From positions 34,410 to 98,409 of the forward strand of contig CAILNT010000114.1 of the NCBI GenBank assembly GCA_903835655.1: DNA of 64,000 bases. The letters are read 5' to 3'. The stretch comes from an uncultured Pseudomonadota bacterium (GTDB lineage Bacteria; Pseudomonadota; Gammaproteobacteria; Burkholderiales; Thiobacillaceae). Below, one piece after another: positions 10,431 through 18,939 of the stretch (its first letter is position 1; every line of letters begins with the position of its first letter). Both the position numbers and the translations under genes were made by a program. The notes under the pieces were generated by a model. It was given only the letters and a program-made list of their open reading frames with translations. It did no database searches and was not told the DNA's origin.

Positions 10431-10440
10431 AAACGGCGCA

Positions 10441-11571
10441 CTACACGATATCCAGGTGATCCAGGCCTGACAGGGGGGGCTCGCCGCGCTCTTCCTGGGC
10501 GTGCAACTTGAGCTTGAGGCGCAGGTCGTTGAATGAGTCCGCGTTGCGCAGGGCGTTCTCGGCGCTGATGATGCCCACCTTGTACAAGTCGTAGAGGGAC
10601 TGGTCGAAGGTCAACATGCCCATGTCGCGCGAGCGCGACATGGTGTCGCGTACCTCGTCCTGGCGCCCCTGCATGATCAGGTCGGAGATCAGCGGCGAGT
10701 TGAGCATGACTTCCGCCGCCGGTATGCGGCCTTTGCCGTCGCTGCGCGGCACCAAGCGCTGCGAGACGATGGCGCGCAGGTTGAGCGACAAATCGAGCAA
10801 CATCTGATCGCGGCGTTCGCGCGGAAAAAAACTCAATATCCGGTCCAAGGTCTGGCTGGCGTTGTTGGCATGTACCGTGGACAGGCAGAGATGGCCGGTC
10901 TCCGCGTAGGACATGGCGTGTTCCATGGCTTCCCGGTCGCGAATCTCGCCGATCATGATCACGTCCGGCGCTTGTCTCAGGGTGTTTTTCAGGGCCACGG
11001 TCCAGGAGTCGGTATCGCTGCCGACCTCGCGCTGGGTGATGATGCATTTGCCGTGCTGATGCACAAACTCGATGGGATCTTCCACCGTGATGATGTGCTC
11101 GCTGGCGAGCGCGCTGCGGTAGCCGATCATGGCCGCCAACGTGGTGGATTTCCCCGAGCCGGTGGAGCCGGCGAGCAGCACCAGGCCGCGAGGCATCATG
11201 GCGATATCGCGCAGGATGGGCGGGAGATGCAGGGTTTCCAGCTTCGGGATGACGGTGTTGATGAGACGAAACACCAGGCCGACGCGCCCCTGCTGGACGA
11301 AAGCACTGACACGGAAGCGGCCGATTTCAGGGTCGTGGATGGCGAAGTTGGCTTCCTTGGTGGCGAGAAAATCCGATTGCTGCTTTTCCGTCATCACGGA
11401 CCGCGCGAACGCCTCGGTCTCCATGGGCGTGAGACTTTGCTTGGTGATGGGTGCCACCTTGCCGTCCAACTTGATGGCGGCGGGAAAACCCGCGGTGATG
11501 AACAGATCGGAAGCGGCGCGCGCCACCATGAAGCGCAGCCATTCGAAGATGCGCTTCTGGTATTCGTTCAT
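10441..11571 (-). CDS. pilU: Type IV pilus retraction ATPase PilU
   Basis: Walker A GSTGSGKSTT, Asp/His boxes and PilT/PilU-family length. Follows pilT with an ATGA overlap. Confidence 0.9.
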   Translation of the reverse strand: MNEYQKRIFEWLRFMVARAASDLFITAGFPAAIKLDGKVAPITKQSLTPMETEAFARSVMTEKQQSDFLATKEANFAIHDPEIGRFRVSAFVQQGRVGLVFRLINTVIPKLETLHLPPILRDIAMMPRGLVLLAGSTGSGKSTTLAAMIGYRSALASEHIITVEDPIEFVHQHGKCIITQREVGSDTDSWTVALKNTLRQAPDVIMIGEIRDREAMEHAMSYAETGHLCLSTVHANNASQTLDRILSFFPRERRDQMLLDLSLNLRAIVSQRLVPRSDGKGRIPAAEVMLNSPLISDLIMQGRQDEVRDTMSRSRDMGMLTFDQSLYDLYKVGIISAENALRNADSFNDLRLKLKLHAQEERGEPPLSGLDHLDIV

Positions 11572-12611
11572 AGGGGAAAAATATCCTTGTTCATCGCCAC
11601 TGCGCGCGCATCCGCGGAAGCGACCACATTGCGCTTCACCAACTCCGTCAAGGCCTGATCCAGGGTCTGCATGCCTATGGACATGCCGGTCTGGATCGAG
11701 GAATACATCTGCGCGACCTTGTTCTCTCGGATCAGGTTCCGGATCGCCGGGGTGCCGATCATGATTTCGTGCGCGGCCACGCGCCCTGCTCCATCCTTGC
11801 GTTTCAACAGGGACTGCGAAATCACCGCGCGCAGGGACTCGGACAGCATCGAGCGCACCATGTCCTTTTCTGCCGCGGGAAACACGTCGACGATCCGGTC
11901 TATGGTCTTGGCCGCCGACGAGGTATGCAGCGTGGCGAAGACCAGGTGGCCGGTCTCCGCACCGGTCAGGGCCAGGCGGATGGTCTCCAGATCGCGCAAT
12001 TCACCGACCAGGATAATGTCCGGATCCTCGCGCAGCGCCGAACGCAAGGCTTCCGAGAAGCCGTGAGTATGCGGCCCCACCTCGCGCTGGTTGATCAAAC
12101 ACTTCTTACTCTTGTGCACGAATTCGATCGGATCCTCGATGGTGAGGATGTGGCCGAACATCGTGTCGTTGACGTGGTCGATCATCGCCGCCAGCGTGGT
12201 CGACTTGCCCGAGCCGGTCGGCCCGGTGACCAGCACGATGCCGCGCGGCTGATCGGAGATATCCTTGAATATGCGTGGTGCCTCCAGTTCCTCCAGGGTC
12301 AGCACCTGGCTGGGGATGGTCCGGAACACGGCACCCGCCCCCCGTTCCTGGGTGAAGGCGTTGACCCGGAAACGCGCGAGACCAGGCAGTTCGAAGGAAA
12401 AATCCGTCTCCAGCTGCGCTTCGTAGTGTTTGCGTTGGGCATCGCTCATGACGTCGTAAATCATGGCGCGGGTCGCGGTATTGTCGAGCGCCGGCAGGTT
12501 GATGCGACGGATATCGCCATGCACCCGGATCATGGGCGGCATGCCGGCGGAGAGGTGCAGATCGGATGCCTTGTTCTTGACGGAGAAGGCAAGAAGCTCA
12601 GAAATTTCCAT
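11568..12611 (-). CDS. pilT: Type IV pilus twitching-motility ATPase PilT
   Basis: MEISELLAFSVKNKASDLHLSAGMPPMIRVHGD..., GPTGSGKSTT and the AIRNLIRE motif. The start is at MEISELL; the upstream extension of the ORF is rejected. Confidence 0.92.
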   Translation of the reverse strand: MEISELLAFSVKNKASDLHLSAGMPPMIRVHGDIRRINLPALDNTATRAMIYDVMSDAQRKHYEAQLETDFSFELPGLARFRVNAFTQERGAGAVFRTIPSQVLTLEELEAPRIFKDISDQPRGIVLVTGPTGSGKSTTLAAMIDHVNDTMFGHILTIEDPIEFVHKSKKCLINQREVGPHTHGFSEALRSALREDPDIILVGELRDLETIRLALTGAETGHLVFATLHTSSAAKTIDRIVDVFPAAEKDMVRSMLSESLRAVISQSLLKRKDGAGRVAAHEIMIGTPAIRNLIRENKVAQMYSSIQTGMSIGMQTLDQALTELVKRNVVASADARAVAMNKDIFPL

Positions 12612-12657
12612 TATAATTCGCCAGGTTACGTGTTTTTCCGCGGGAGCTCGGAGCATT

Positions 12658-13347
12658 ATGGGTGCGATAGCGGATGCCGTGCAAGCCTGCCAGAAACGCA
12701 TCGAGGTGGCCTGCGCCGAAGCGGGGCGACCCAGCGACTGTGTGCGCCTGCTGGCCGTCAGCAAGACCTTTTCCGCAGCAGCCGTCCGCGAAGCCCACGC
12801 CGCCGGACTGACCGCCTTCGGCGAGAGCTACCTGCAAGAAGCGCAGGACAAGCAGGACGCCCTGAGCGATCTCTCCCTGGAATGGCATTTCATCGGCCCG
12901 TTGCAGGGCAACAAGTCACGGCCGGTGGCGGAACGCTTCGCCTGGGTGCATGCACTGGAGCGGGAAAAGATTGCCCGGCGCCTGTCTGAACAACGCCCGG
13001 CCAATCTTCCTCCGCTCAATGTCTGCGTGCAGGTCAACGTCGGCAACGAGCCCGAAAAGCATGGCGTGCCCCTGGAACGAGCGTTGGACCTCGCCCGCCT
13101 GGTGGCAAGCCTGCCCGGCCTGTGCCTGCGCGGCTTCATGACCATCCCTGAGGCCAGTCCACAGATCGCACGTACCCGATTTGCGCGACTGCGCGCCTTG
13201 CTGGAACAAGCACGCGCCGAGGGGCTGCCGGTGGACACCCTGTCCATGGGCATGTCGGCCGACCTGGAGTTGGCCATCCTGGAAGGCGCCACCCTGGTGC
13301 GCATCGGCAGCGCCCTCTTCGGCGCACGCCCACTTCCCGAAAAATAG
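12658..13347 (+). CDS. yggS: PLP-homeostasis protein YggS (COG0325)
   Basis: LLAVSKT (PLP lysine), HFIGPLQGNK, SMGMS.D and VRIGSALFG motifs. Confidence 0.9.
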   Translation: MGAIADAVQACQKRIEVACAEAGRPSDCVRLLAVSKTFSAAAVREAHAAGLTAFGESYLQEAQDKQDALSDLSLEWHFIGPLQGNKSRPVAERFAWVHALEREKIARRLSEQRPANLPPLNVCVQVNVGNEPEKHGVPLERALDLARLVASLPGLCLRGFMTIPEASPQIARTRFARLRALLEQARAEGLPVDTLSMGMSADLELAILEGATLVRIGSALFGARPLPEK

Positions 13348-13357
13348 GAGGAACCCC

Positions 13358-14176
13358 ATGAAAATCGGTTTTATCGGTGGCGGCAACATGGCGGCAGCCA
13401 TGATCGGCGGCCTGTTGCAGAAGGGCATAGGTCGTGAGGACATCATCGCAGCGGAACATCAGGCCGCGCGCCGAGACTGGTTGACCCAGGAATTCGGCGT
13501 CGCCGTGAGCGACACCGTCGCCGCCGTGCTCGCTGCCGATGTCCTGGTCCTGGCGATCAAGCCGCAGCAGTTGCGCGACGTACTCTGCCACCTGCCCCCG
13601 CTGCGGCCGGAGTTGTTGGTGGTCTCCATCGCCGCGGGCGTGTGCGCCAGCGACATTTCCCGCTGGCTGCGAGGCCACGCGAGCGTGGTGCGCGCCATGC
13701 CCAACACACCGGCCCTGGTCGGCGCGGGCGTCGCCGGCCTGTATGCCCTGCCCGGCGTCTCCGCGGCGCACAAGGCACAGGCCACGCGATTGCTGGAAGC
13801 CGTGGGCAGCGCGGTCTGGGTGGAATCGGAAGCCCAGATCGACGCCGTCACCGCGATCTCCGGTAGCGGCCCGGCCTATGTCTTCCTGTTCATCGAAGCG
13901 CTGGAGGAGGCTGCCCTCGACCTGGGGCTGCCGGCGGATACCGCGCGCCAACTCACCTTGCAGACCTTTCTCGGCGCTGCGGCCCTGGCGATCAAGGACA
14001 AATCCCCACCGGCCGAACTGCGTGCGCGGGTCACTTCCAAGGGGGGCACGACCGAGCGCGGCCTCCTGGCGCTGGAAGAAGGCGGCGTGAAATACCTCAT
14101 CGGCCTGGCTGCCCGTGCGGCCGCGGAACGCGCCCGCGAGATGGGCGAACTGTTCGGGAAAGACGGATGTTCCTAG
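13358..14176 (+). CDS. proC: Pyrroline-5-carboxylate reductase
   Basis: MKIGFIGGGNMAAAMIGGL Rossmann start, with ..RAMPNTPALVG.. and ..VTSKGGTTE.. motifs. GGAGG RBS. Confidence 0.92.
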   Translation: MKIGFIGGGNMAAAMIGGLLQKGIGREDIIAAEHQAARRDWLTQEFGVAVSDTVAAVLAADVLVLAIKPQQLRDVLCHLPPLRPELLVVSIAAGVCASDISRWLRGHASVVRAMPNTPALVGAGVAGLYALPGVSAAHKAQATRLLEAVGSAVWVESEAQIDAVTAISGSGPAYVFLFIEALEEAALDLGLPADTARQLTLQTFLGAAALAIKDKSPPAELRARVTSKGGTTERGLLALEEGGVKYLIGLAARAAAERAREMGELFGKDGCS

Positions 14177-14742
14177 ATGCCGCCCAGTTCCTGCTGCGCA
14201 CCGCCTGCGACCTGATCGCCAGCACCTTGTTCCTGCGTTTCTGGATGCAGTGGGTGCGGGTGCCCTTCCGCAACCCTTTCGCCCAATTTCTACTGCACGT
14301 GACGGACTTCATCGTACGCCCTCTGCGCCGGGTCATCCCCGGCTACCTCGGGCTCGACTGGGCCAGCCTGCTGCCGTTCTTTGTCGCGGAATTGCTTTCC
14401 GTGCTGGGCAGCCAATGGTTGCAGGGTTATCCATACGCGGTGGCGGGTGCTGCGGTGCTGCCCGCCTTCGGGCTGCTGGCGCTCGCCGCCGCCGTGCGGT
14501 TGGCCCTCTACCTCTTGATGGGCTTCGTCCTGTTGCAGGCTGTCCTGAGCTGGGTCAATCCGTTCTCGCCGTATGCGGGCCTGATCTATGCCTTGGCGCG
14601 ACCGGTCCTGAGGCCCTTCCAGAAACTCGTCCCGCCCATAGGCGGCATCGACCTCACGCCCATGGTTGCGCTGATCGTGGTGCAGCTGCTGCTCATCGCG
14701 CCGGTGACCGCCCTGGAGCGGATCGCGCTTGCCATGCTATGA
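14167..14742 (+). CDS. yggT: YggT-family integral membrane protein
   Basis: Two YGGT repeats (..TDFIVRPLRRVIP..., ...LRPFQKLVPPIGGIDLTP...). Overlaps the proC stop. Confidence 0.85.
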   Translation: MFLDAAQFLLRTACDLIASTLFLRFWMQWVRVPFRNPFAQFLLHVTDFIVRPLRRVIPGYLGLDWASLLPFFVAELLSVLGSQWLQGYPYAVAGAAVLPAFGLLALAAAVRLALYLLMGFVLLQAVLSWVNPFSPYAGLIYALARPVLRPFQKLVPPIGGIDLTPMVALIVVQLLLIAPVTALERIALAML

Positions 14743-15122
14743 CTCCCTGGCTGCGAGCGCAGGGTGGCGGCGTCGAGATTACCCTGCACGTCCAGCCGGG
14801 CGCCTCGCGCTGCGAATTGGCCGGGGAACATGGCGAGGCGCTCAAGGTGCGCATTGCGGCGCGCGCGGTGGAAGGATCGGCCAACGCGGCTCTCAGGGAA
14901 TTCATTGCTGAATGTCTTGGAGTTGCGCGGCGAGAAGTTAGAATCCTGCGTGGCGAGAAATCTCGCCGCAAAGTGCTCTGGGCACCTATCGACCCAGAGT
15001 TGGCAAGGCGGAAGTTAGCCGTGCCCCCGGCCCCGGAACATCCTCCGGGCCGCCCCCTGGCGGGGCCAAGTCGTTCTTGGGGCGGCACGGAGAACGACTT
15101 GAATGGGGAGAACACAGAATGA
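14739..15122 (+). CDS. yggU: DUF167 protein (YggU family) with a roughly 35-aa C-terminal tail
   Basis: ITLHVQPGASRCELAGEHGEALKVRIAARAVEGSANAALREFIAE...VRILRGEKSRRK matches the YggU pattern. ATGA overlaps occur with both neighbours. Confidence 0.8.
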   Translation: MTPWLRAQGGGVEITLHVQPGASRCELAGEHGEALKVRIAARAVEGSANAALREFIAECLGVARREVRILRGEKSRRKVLWAPIDPELARRKLAVPPAPEHPPGRPLAGPSRSWGGTENDLNGENTE

Positions 15123-17062
15123 ACTATGGACTGGAAAGCGGTATTACCCGGTTCCGGCATAGGCGCGATCGCCTGGTCAAGGTCGTCATCGCTTACAAGG
15201 ACTGGCTGGAAAAATACGCCGAAGTGGAACCGCCGCAATTGCTGCGCCTGTTCGACCTGACCGAGAGTCTGAAGAAAGACCGGCTCATGCTGGCTTTCGT
15301 CGCCGAGTTCAGCCGCGGCAAGACCGAACTCATCAACGCCCTGTTCTTCTCCGATTTCAAACAACGTCTGCTGCCCTCGGATGCCGGTCGCACCACCATG
15401 TGTCCTACGGAGATTTTCTACGACAGCGACACCGAACCTTATATCCGCCTGCTGCCCATCGAGACCCGTTTCCGCGACGACAGCATCTCCACCTTGAAAC
15501 GCCTGCCCATAGAATGGAGCACGATCAGCCTGGATGTCGCCGACCCCAGCGCGATGATCGACGCCATGCGCAAGCTGGCGGAAACCAAGGTGGTGTTCAA
15601 GGTGGAGGCGCGCGCGCTCGGCCTGTGGGATGAAAACGACCCCAACCTGGCCTACATGGTGAAGGATCAGGATCGCGTGGAAATCCCGGCCTGGCGCTAC
15701 GCCCTGGTCAACTACCCGCACCCGCTGCTGGAATCTGGGCTGGCCATCCTCGACACCCCCGGCCTCAACGCCATGGGGGTGGAGCCGGAACTGACCGTTT
15801 CAGCCATCCCCAACGCCCATGCCCTGCTCTTCCTGCTGGCAACCGATACCGGCGTCACCCAGTCCGACTACGAGATCTGGAACAAACTGGTCTCCAAGCA
15901 CGCCAGCCAGCACTATGCCGTACTGAACAAGATCGACATGCTCTGGGACGAACTCAAGACCCCGGAAGAAATCGGCCGCACCATCCAGCGCCAGATCGAA
16001 TCCACCGCCAGCCAGCTCAATATTCCCACCGCCAACGTCATGGCCATTTCCGCCCAGAAGGCCCTGGTCGGCAAGATCCGCAAAGACGCGGACATGCTTC
16101 AGCGTTCCGGCATCCAGGCGCTCGAAGTCATGCTGGCGCGAGAAATCATCCCCTCGCGGGAGAAGATCATGCGCGATGCCGTGGTGCGCGAGGTAGGCCC
16201 GTTGCTCGCGGAAACGCGCGACACGGCGAGAAGCCGACTCCTGGCCGCGCGCCAGTCGCTCATGGATCTGCATGCCCTGTCCGGCAAGAACCAGCAAATC
16301 GTCGGTCAGATGCGGGAAAAAATGCAGGGCGACAAGCATCTCTACGAAGAGACCGCGCGCAATTTCAATGTCACCCGCAAGATCGTCGCGCAGCAGGGCT
16401 GGGAACTGCTTTCCCATCTGGACGACGACCGCATGGACACCATCATCGAAGAATCCATGATGGCCATCAACGACAGTTGGACCACCGCGGGACTGATCAA
16501 GGGCATGCACCTCCTGATCCGCCGCATGGGCGCCGAATTCGACCATGCCCAGCAGCAAGGCGGTGGCATCAAGCAGTTGCTCGATGCCGCATACCAGCGT
16601 TTCCACGACATCCACGGCATGGAGCGCATGGACCCGCCGGGCCTGGATCTATCCCGCTACCGCGCCCGTCTCGACGAGCTGATGGTGAACACCCAGGAGT
16701 TTTGCGCCGATCCGCTCAACATCATGCTGGAAAAGCGTTTCATGGTGAAGAAGTTCTACATCGCCCTGGTCACCCAGGCGCACATCGTGTTCCAGCAGGT
16801 GCGGCTGGAAACCGAAACCTGGCTGCGCCTCACCCTCGACCCCATCGTCACGCGCATCAAGGAACACAAGGCGCAACTGGAGCACCGCCTGGAAAACCTC
16901 AACAAGGTACACGCCAACCTGGGCTCCATCCAGGAGCGCAGCGCCGCCGTCAGCCACGACATGGTGAGCATCAAGTCTCAGCTCGACCGGATCGAGGCGG
17001 TCACCAAGGAATTCTCCCTGCTCACCGGCGCGGCATTCCGCCCCCTGGAGGCGGCGAGCTGA
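15119..17062 (+). CDS. Bacterial dynamin-like GTPase (single copy)
   Basis: G1 AEFSRGKTELINAL, G3 ILDTPGLNA and G4 LNKID, followed by a long helical stalk. GGGGAG RBS. The start overlaps the yggU stop (ATGA). Confidence 0.8.
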   Translation: MNYGLESGITRFRHRRDRLVKVVIAYKDWLEKYAEVEPPQLLRLFDLTESLKKDRLMLAFVAEFSRGKTELINALFFSDFKQRLLPSDAGRTTMCPTEIFYDSDTEPYIRLLPIETRFRDDSISTLKRLPIEWSTISLDVADPSAMIDAMRKLAETKVVFKVEARALGLWDENDPNLAYMVKDQDRVEIPAWRYALVNYPHPLLESGLAILDTPGLNAMGVEPELTVSAIPNAHALLFLLATDTGVTQSDYEIWNKLVSKHASQHYAVLNKIDMLWDELKTPEEIGRTIQRQIESTASQLNIPTANVMAISAQKALVGKIRKDADMLQRSGIQALEVMLAREIIPSREKIMRDAVVREVGPLLAETRDTARSRLLAARQSLMDLHALSGKNQQIVGQMREKMQGDKHLYEETARNFNVTRKIVAQQGWELLSHLDDDRMDTIIEESMMAINDSWTTAGLIKGMHLLIRRMGAEFDHAQQQGGGIKQLLDAAYQRFHDIHGMERMDPPGLDLSRYRARLDELMVNTQEFCADPLNIMLEKRFMVKKFYIALVTQAHIVFQQVRLETETWLRLTLDPIVTRIKEHKAQLEHRLENLNKVHANLGSIQERSAAVSHDMVSIKSQLDRIEAVTKEFSLLTGAAFRPLEAAS

Positions 17063-17072
17063 ATCCGGTCCG

Positions 17073-17597
17073 TCAAAGGTCCATGTTCGGGTCTTTGTTG
17101 GCTCGGCGCAGGCGCAAACGCCGCAGCGCGCCTTCATCGCTGTAGCGTATCAGCGACTTGTCCAGACTACCGGAATAGCGCAGGGCTTGCAGGCTGGAGT
17201 CCGGCCGCTTCCAGAGATAGGTGCGGTTCTCGAAGGCCCCCCCCTTGAGGTTCTGCACCTTCTCGACGCTGAGCACGCTCGCGCCATATTTGGCGGTGAG
17301 GGCAGCGACCACGGGCTGAAACGCCTTTTCCGAAATCGTGATCTGGATGCCGCTCAGATGATCGACATCGTAGAAATAAAACAGCGAAACCACGGGCGCG
17401 CCGGCTATGGTCTCCTTCTCATTCGGGCGCAGGCCGCAGATCGTGTCCCCGATCGGCGTATTGACCGCGTGGCACTCATGACGTGGGTCGCTGGCGATAC
17501 GGGCCAGCGGTGAGCCGAGCTCGACCCCCTTGAAGCCGAGGCTGTCGGCATCAGCCGCCAGGGGTAAAGCACAAGCCAGCAGCAGCAGGGTTCTCAA
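17073..17597 (-). CDS. Hypothetical lipoprotein (no family recognised)
   Basis: Lipobox LLLAC in the N-terminus RTLLLLACALPL. The TTG start overlaps the iscX stop (TTGA). No homolog recognised. Confidence 0.5.
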   Translation of the reverse strand: MRTLLLLACALPLAADADSLGFKGVELGSPLARIASDPRHECHAVNTPIGDTICGLRPNEKETIAGAPVVSLFYFYDVDHLSGIQITISEKAFQPVVAALTAKYGASVLSVEKVQNLKGGAFENRTYLWKRPDSSLQALRYSGSLDKSLIRYSDEGALRRLRLRRANKDPNMDL

Positions 17598-17788
17598 TCC
17601 ATCTCCTCGATCCAGGATGCCTGGATGGCCTCCAGGATCTTTTCACCGGAGCGATTGGGGTCATCGCGGAACGTCTCCAGTTCCATCACCCAGCGGTGCA
17701 AGTCGGTGAAGCGCACATAGCGCGGTTCCACGTCCGGGTGGTGTTCGGCCAGGGCGATGGCGATATCCAGTGTGTCGGTCCATTTCAT
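17594..17788 (-). CDS. iscX: Fe-S assembly protein IscX
   Basis: MKWTDTLDIAIALAEHHPDVEPRYVRFTDLHRWVMELE.F.DDPN.S.EKILEAIQ closely follows the YfhJ/IscX pattern. Confidence 0.9.
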   Translation of the reverse strand: MKWTDTLDIAIALAEHHPDVEPRYVRFTDLHRWVMELETFRDDPNRSGEKILEAIQASWIEEMD

Positions 17789-17808
17789 GTAGTTCTCCTC
17801 GCTGCCGG

Positions 17809-18147
17809 CTAATGTCCTTCTTTCACCATGTTGATGGTGTATTTCGGAATCTCGATCACCACGTCTTCGCCTCCCATGAGCGCCTGGCAGGACAGCCGCG
17901 AGGTGGGCTCCAGGCCCCAGGCGCGGTCGAGCAGGTCGTCTTCCAGTTCCGTGGCCTCGGACAGGCTGTTCTGGCCTTCGCGGACGATGACATGGCAGGT
18001 GGTGCAGGCGCAGGATTTCTCGCAGGCGTGTTCGATCTCGATGCCGTTTTCCAGCAGCGTGTCGCAGAGGGAGACGCCCTTTTGCGCGGCGATGACGGCG
18101 CCGTCCGGACAGAGCTCGACGTGGGGAAGAACGATCAGTTGGGGCAT
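17809..18147 (-). CDS. fdx: ISC-type [2Fe-2S] ferredoxin
   Basis: MPQLIVLPH..CPDG...., CEKSCACTTCHV and ..SRLSCQ Cys ligands; 112 aa. Confidence 0.92.
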   Translation of the reverse strand: MPQLIVLPHVELCPDGAVIAAQKGVSLCDTLLENGIEIEHACEKSCACTTCHVIVREGQNSLSEATELEDDLLDRAWGLEPTSRLSCQALMGGEDVVIEIPKYTINMVKEGH

Positions 18148-18938
18148 GTCGCGGTCTCTCGAAGCGAAGGCAGGGCGGCCAGGACGCCGTCCCAGAAAGC
18201 CATGCGGGCATCCACGGCACAAATGGCGGCGGTGCGGGCCTCGGCGATCTTACCCGCATCGCCGCCGCAGAGGCCTTCCAGCAGGCGCAGGGATAGGGGC
18301 GCGTGGAAATCCTCGTCGAGATGAATGTGACGGTGCAGGTAGTAATGGAAGGTGGGCGCCTGGACCTCGGTCACCGCCATGCGCGCCAGGAGGGCGCGGA
18401 ACATGGCCGGGATGATGTGCTCGCGGCCCAGGGCCAGGGCGGCGGCGACGGTGTGGGGCTTGTCGCTGGCGATGAAGTCGAAGGTGGTGCGAGTGAAGAC
18501 CTGGGCGGGTAGCGGCGGGGGCAACTGCTGCAAGGCGGCTGCTATCCCCACGCTGCCGGCAATCTCCACGAAGCGGGCGGGTCGGTCCGCATCCGCGCCG
18601 ACCTCGCGCATGGCGCCCAGGTAGAGCTGGAAATGGCTGATGAATTCGCCGGGATGGGCCGGACCAGCCGAGTCGGTTTCCTCCTCCAGCACCAGCTCGT
18701 TGATGAAGCGCTGGATGCTGGCGTCGCGCCCTGGGGTCCAAGGCCAGCGCGCGGGGGCGACCGCGTGCTGAAGATATTTGATCAGGGACATGAAGTCCCA
18801 CACGGAGTGCACATGGTGCGCCATGAACACGCGCAGGTCATCCACCGTGCGCAGCGCGGCGTAGATCGGGTGGCGCTCCAGGCGCTCGCGCAAGCCAGCG
18901 ATGAATTCGGGTTCGAATGCCGTCAGTTGAGCCGTCAT
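18135..18938 (-). CDS. DUF3050-family protein (heme-oxygenase-like fold) embedded in the isc operon
   Basis: HPIYAAL..VDDLRVFMAHHVHSVWDFMSLIKYLQ...PWTP....IQRFINELVLEEETD matches my recollection of DUF3050. The start lies 1 nt after the hscA stop. The stop overlaps the fdx start by 13 nt. Confidence 0.7.
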   Translation of the reverse strand: MTAQLTAFEPEFIAGLRERLERHPIYAALRTVDDLRVFMAHHVHSVWDFMSLIKYLQHAVAPARWPWTPGRDASIQRFINELVLEEETDSAGPAHPGEFISHFQLYLGAMREVGADADRPARFVEIAGSVGIAAALQQLPPPLPAQVFTRTTFDFIASDKPHTVAAALALGREHIIPAMFRALLARMAVTEVQAPTFHYYLHRHIHLDEDFHAPLSLRLLEGLCGGDAGKIAEARTAAICAVDARMAFWDGVLAALPSLRETATCPN

Positions 18939-18939
18939 G

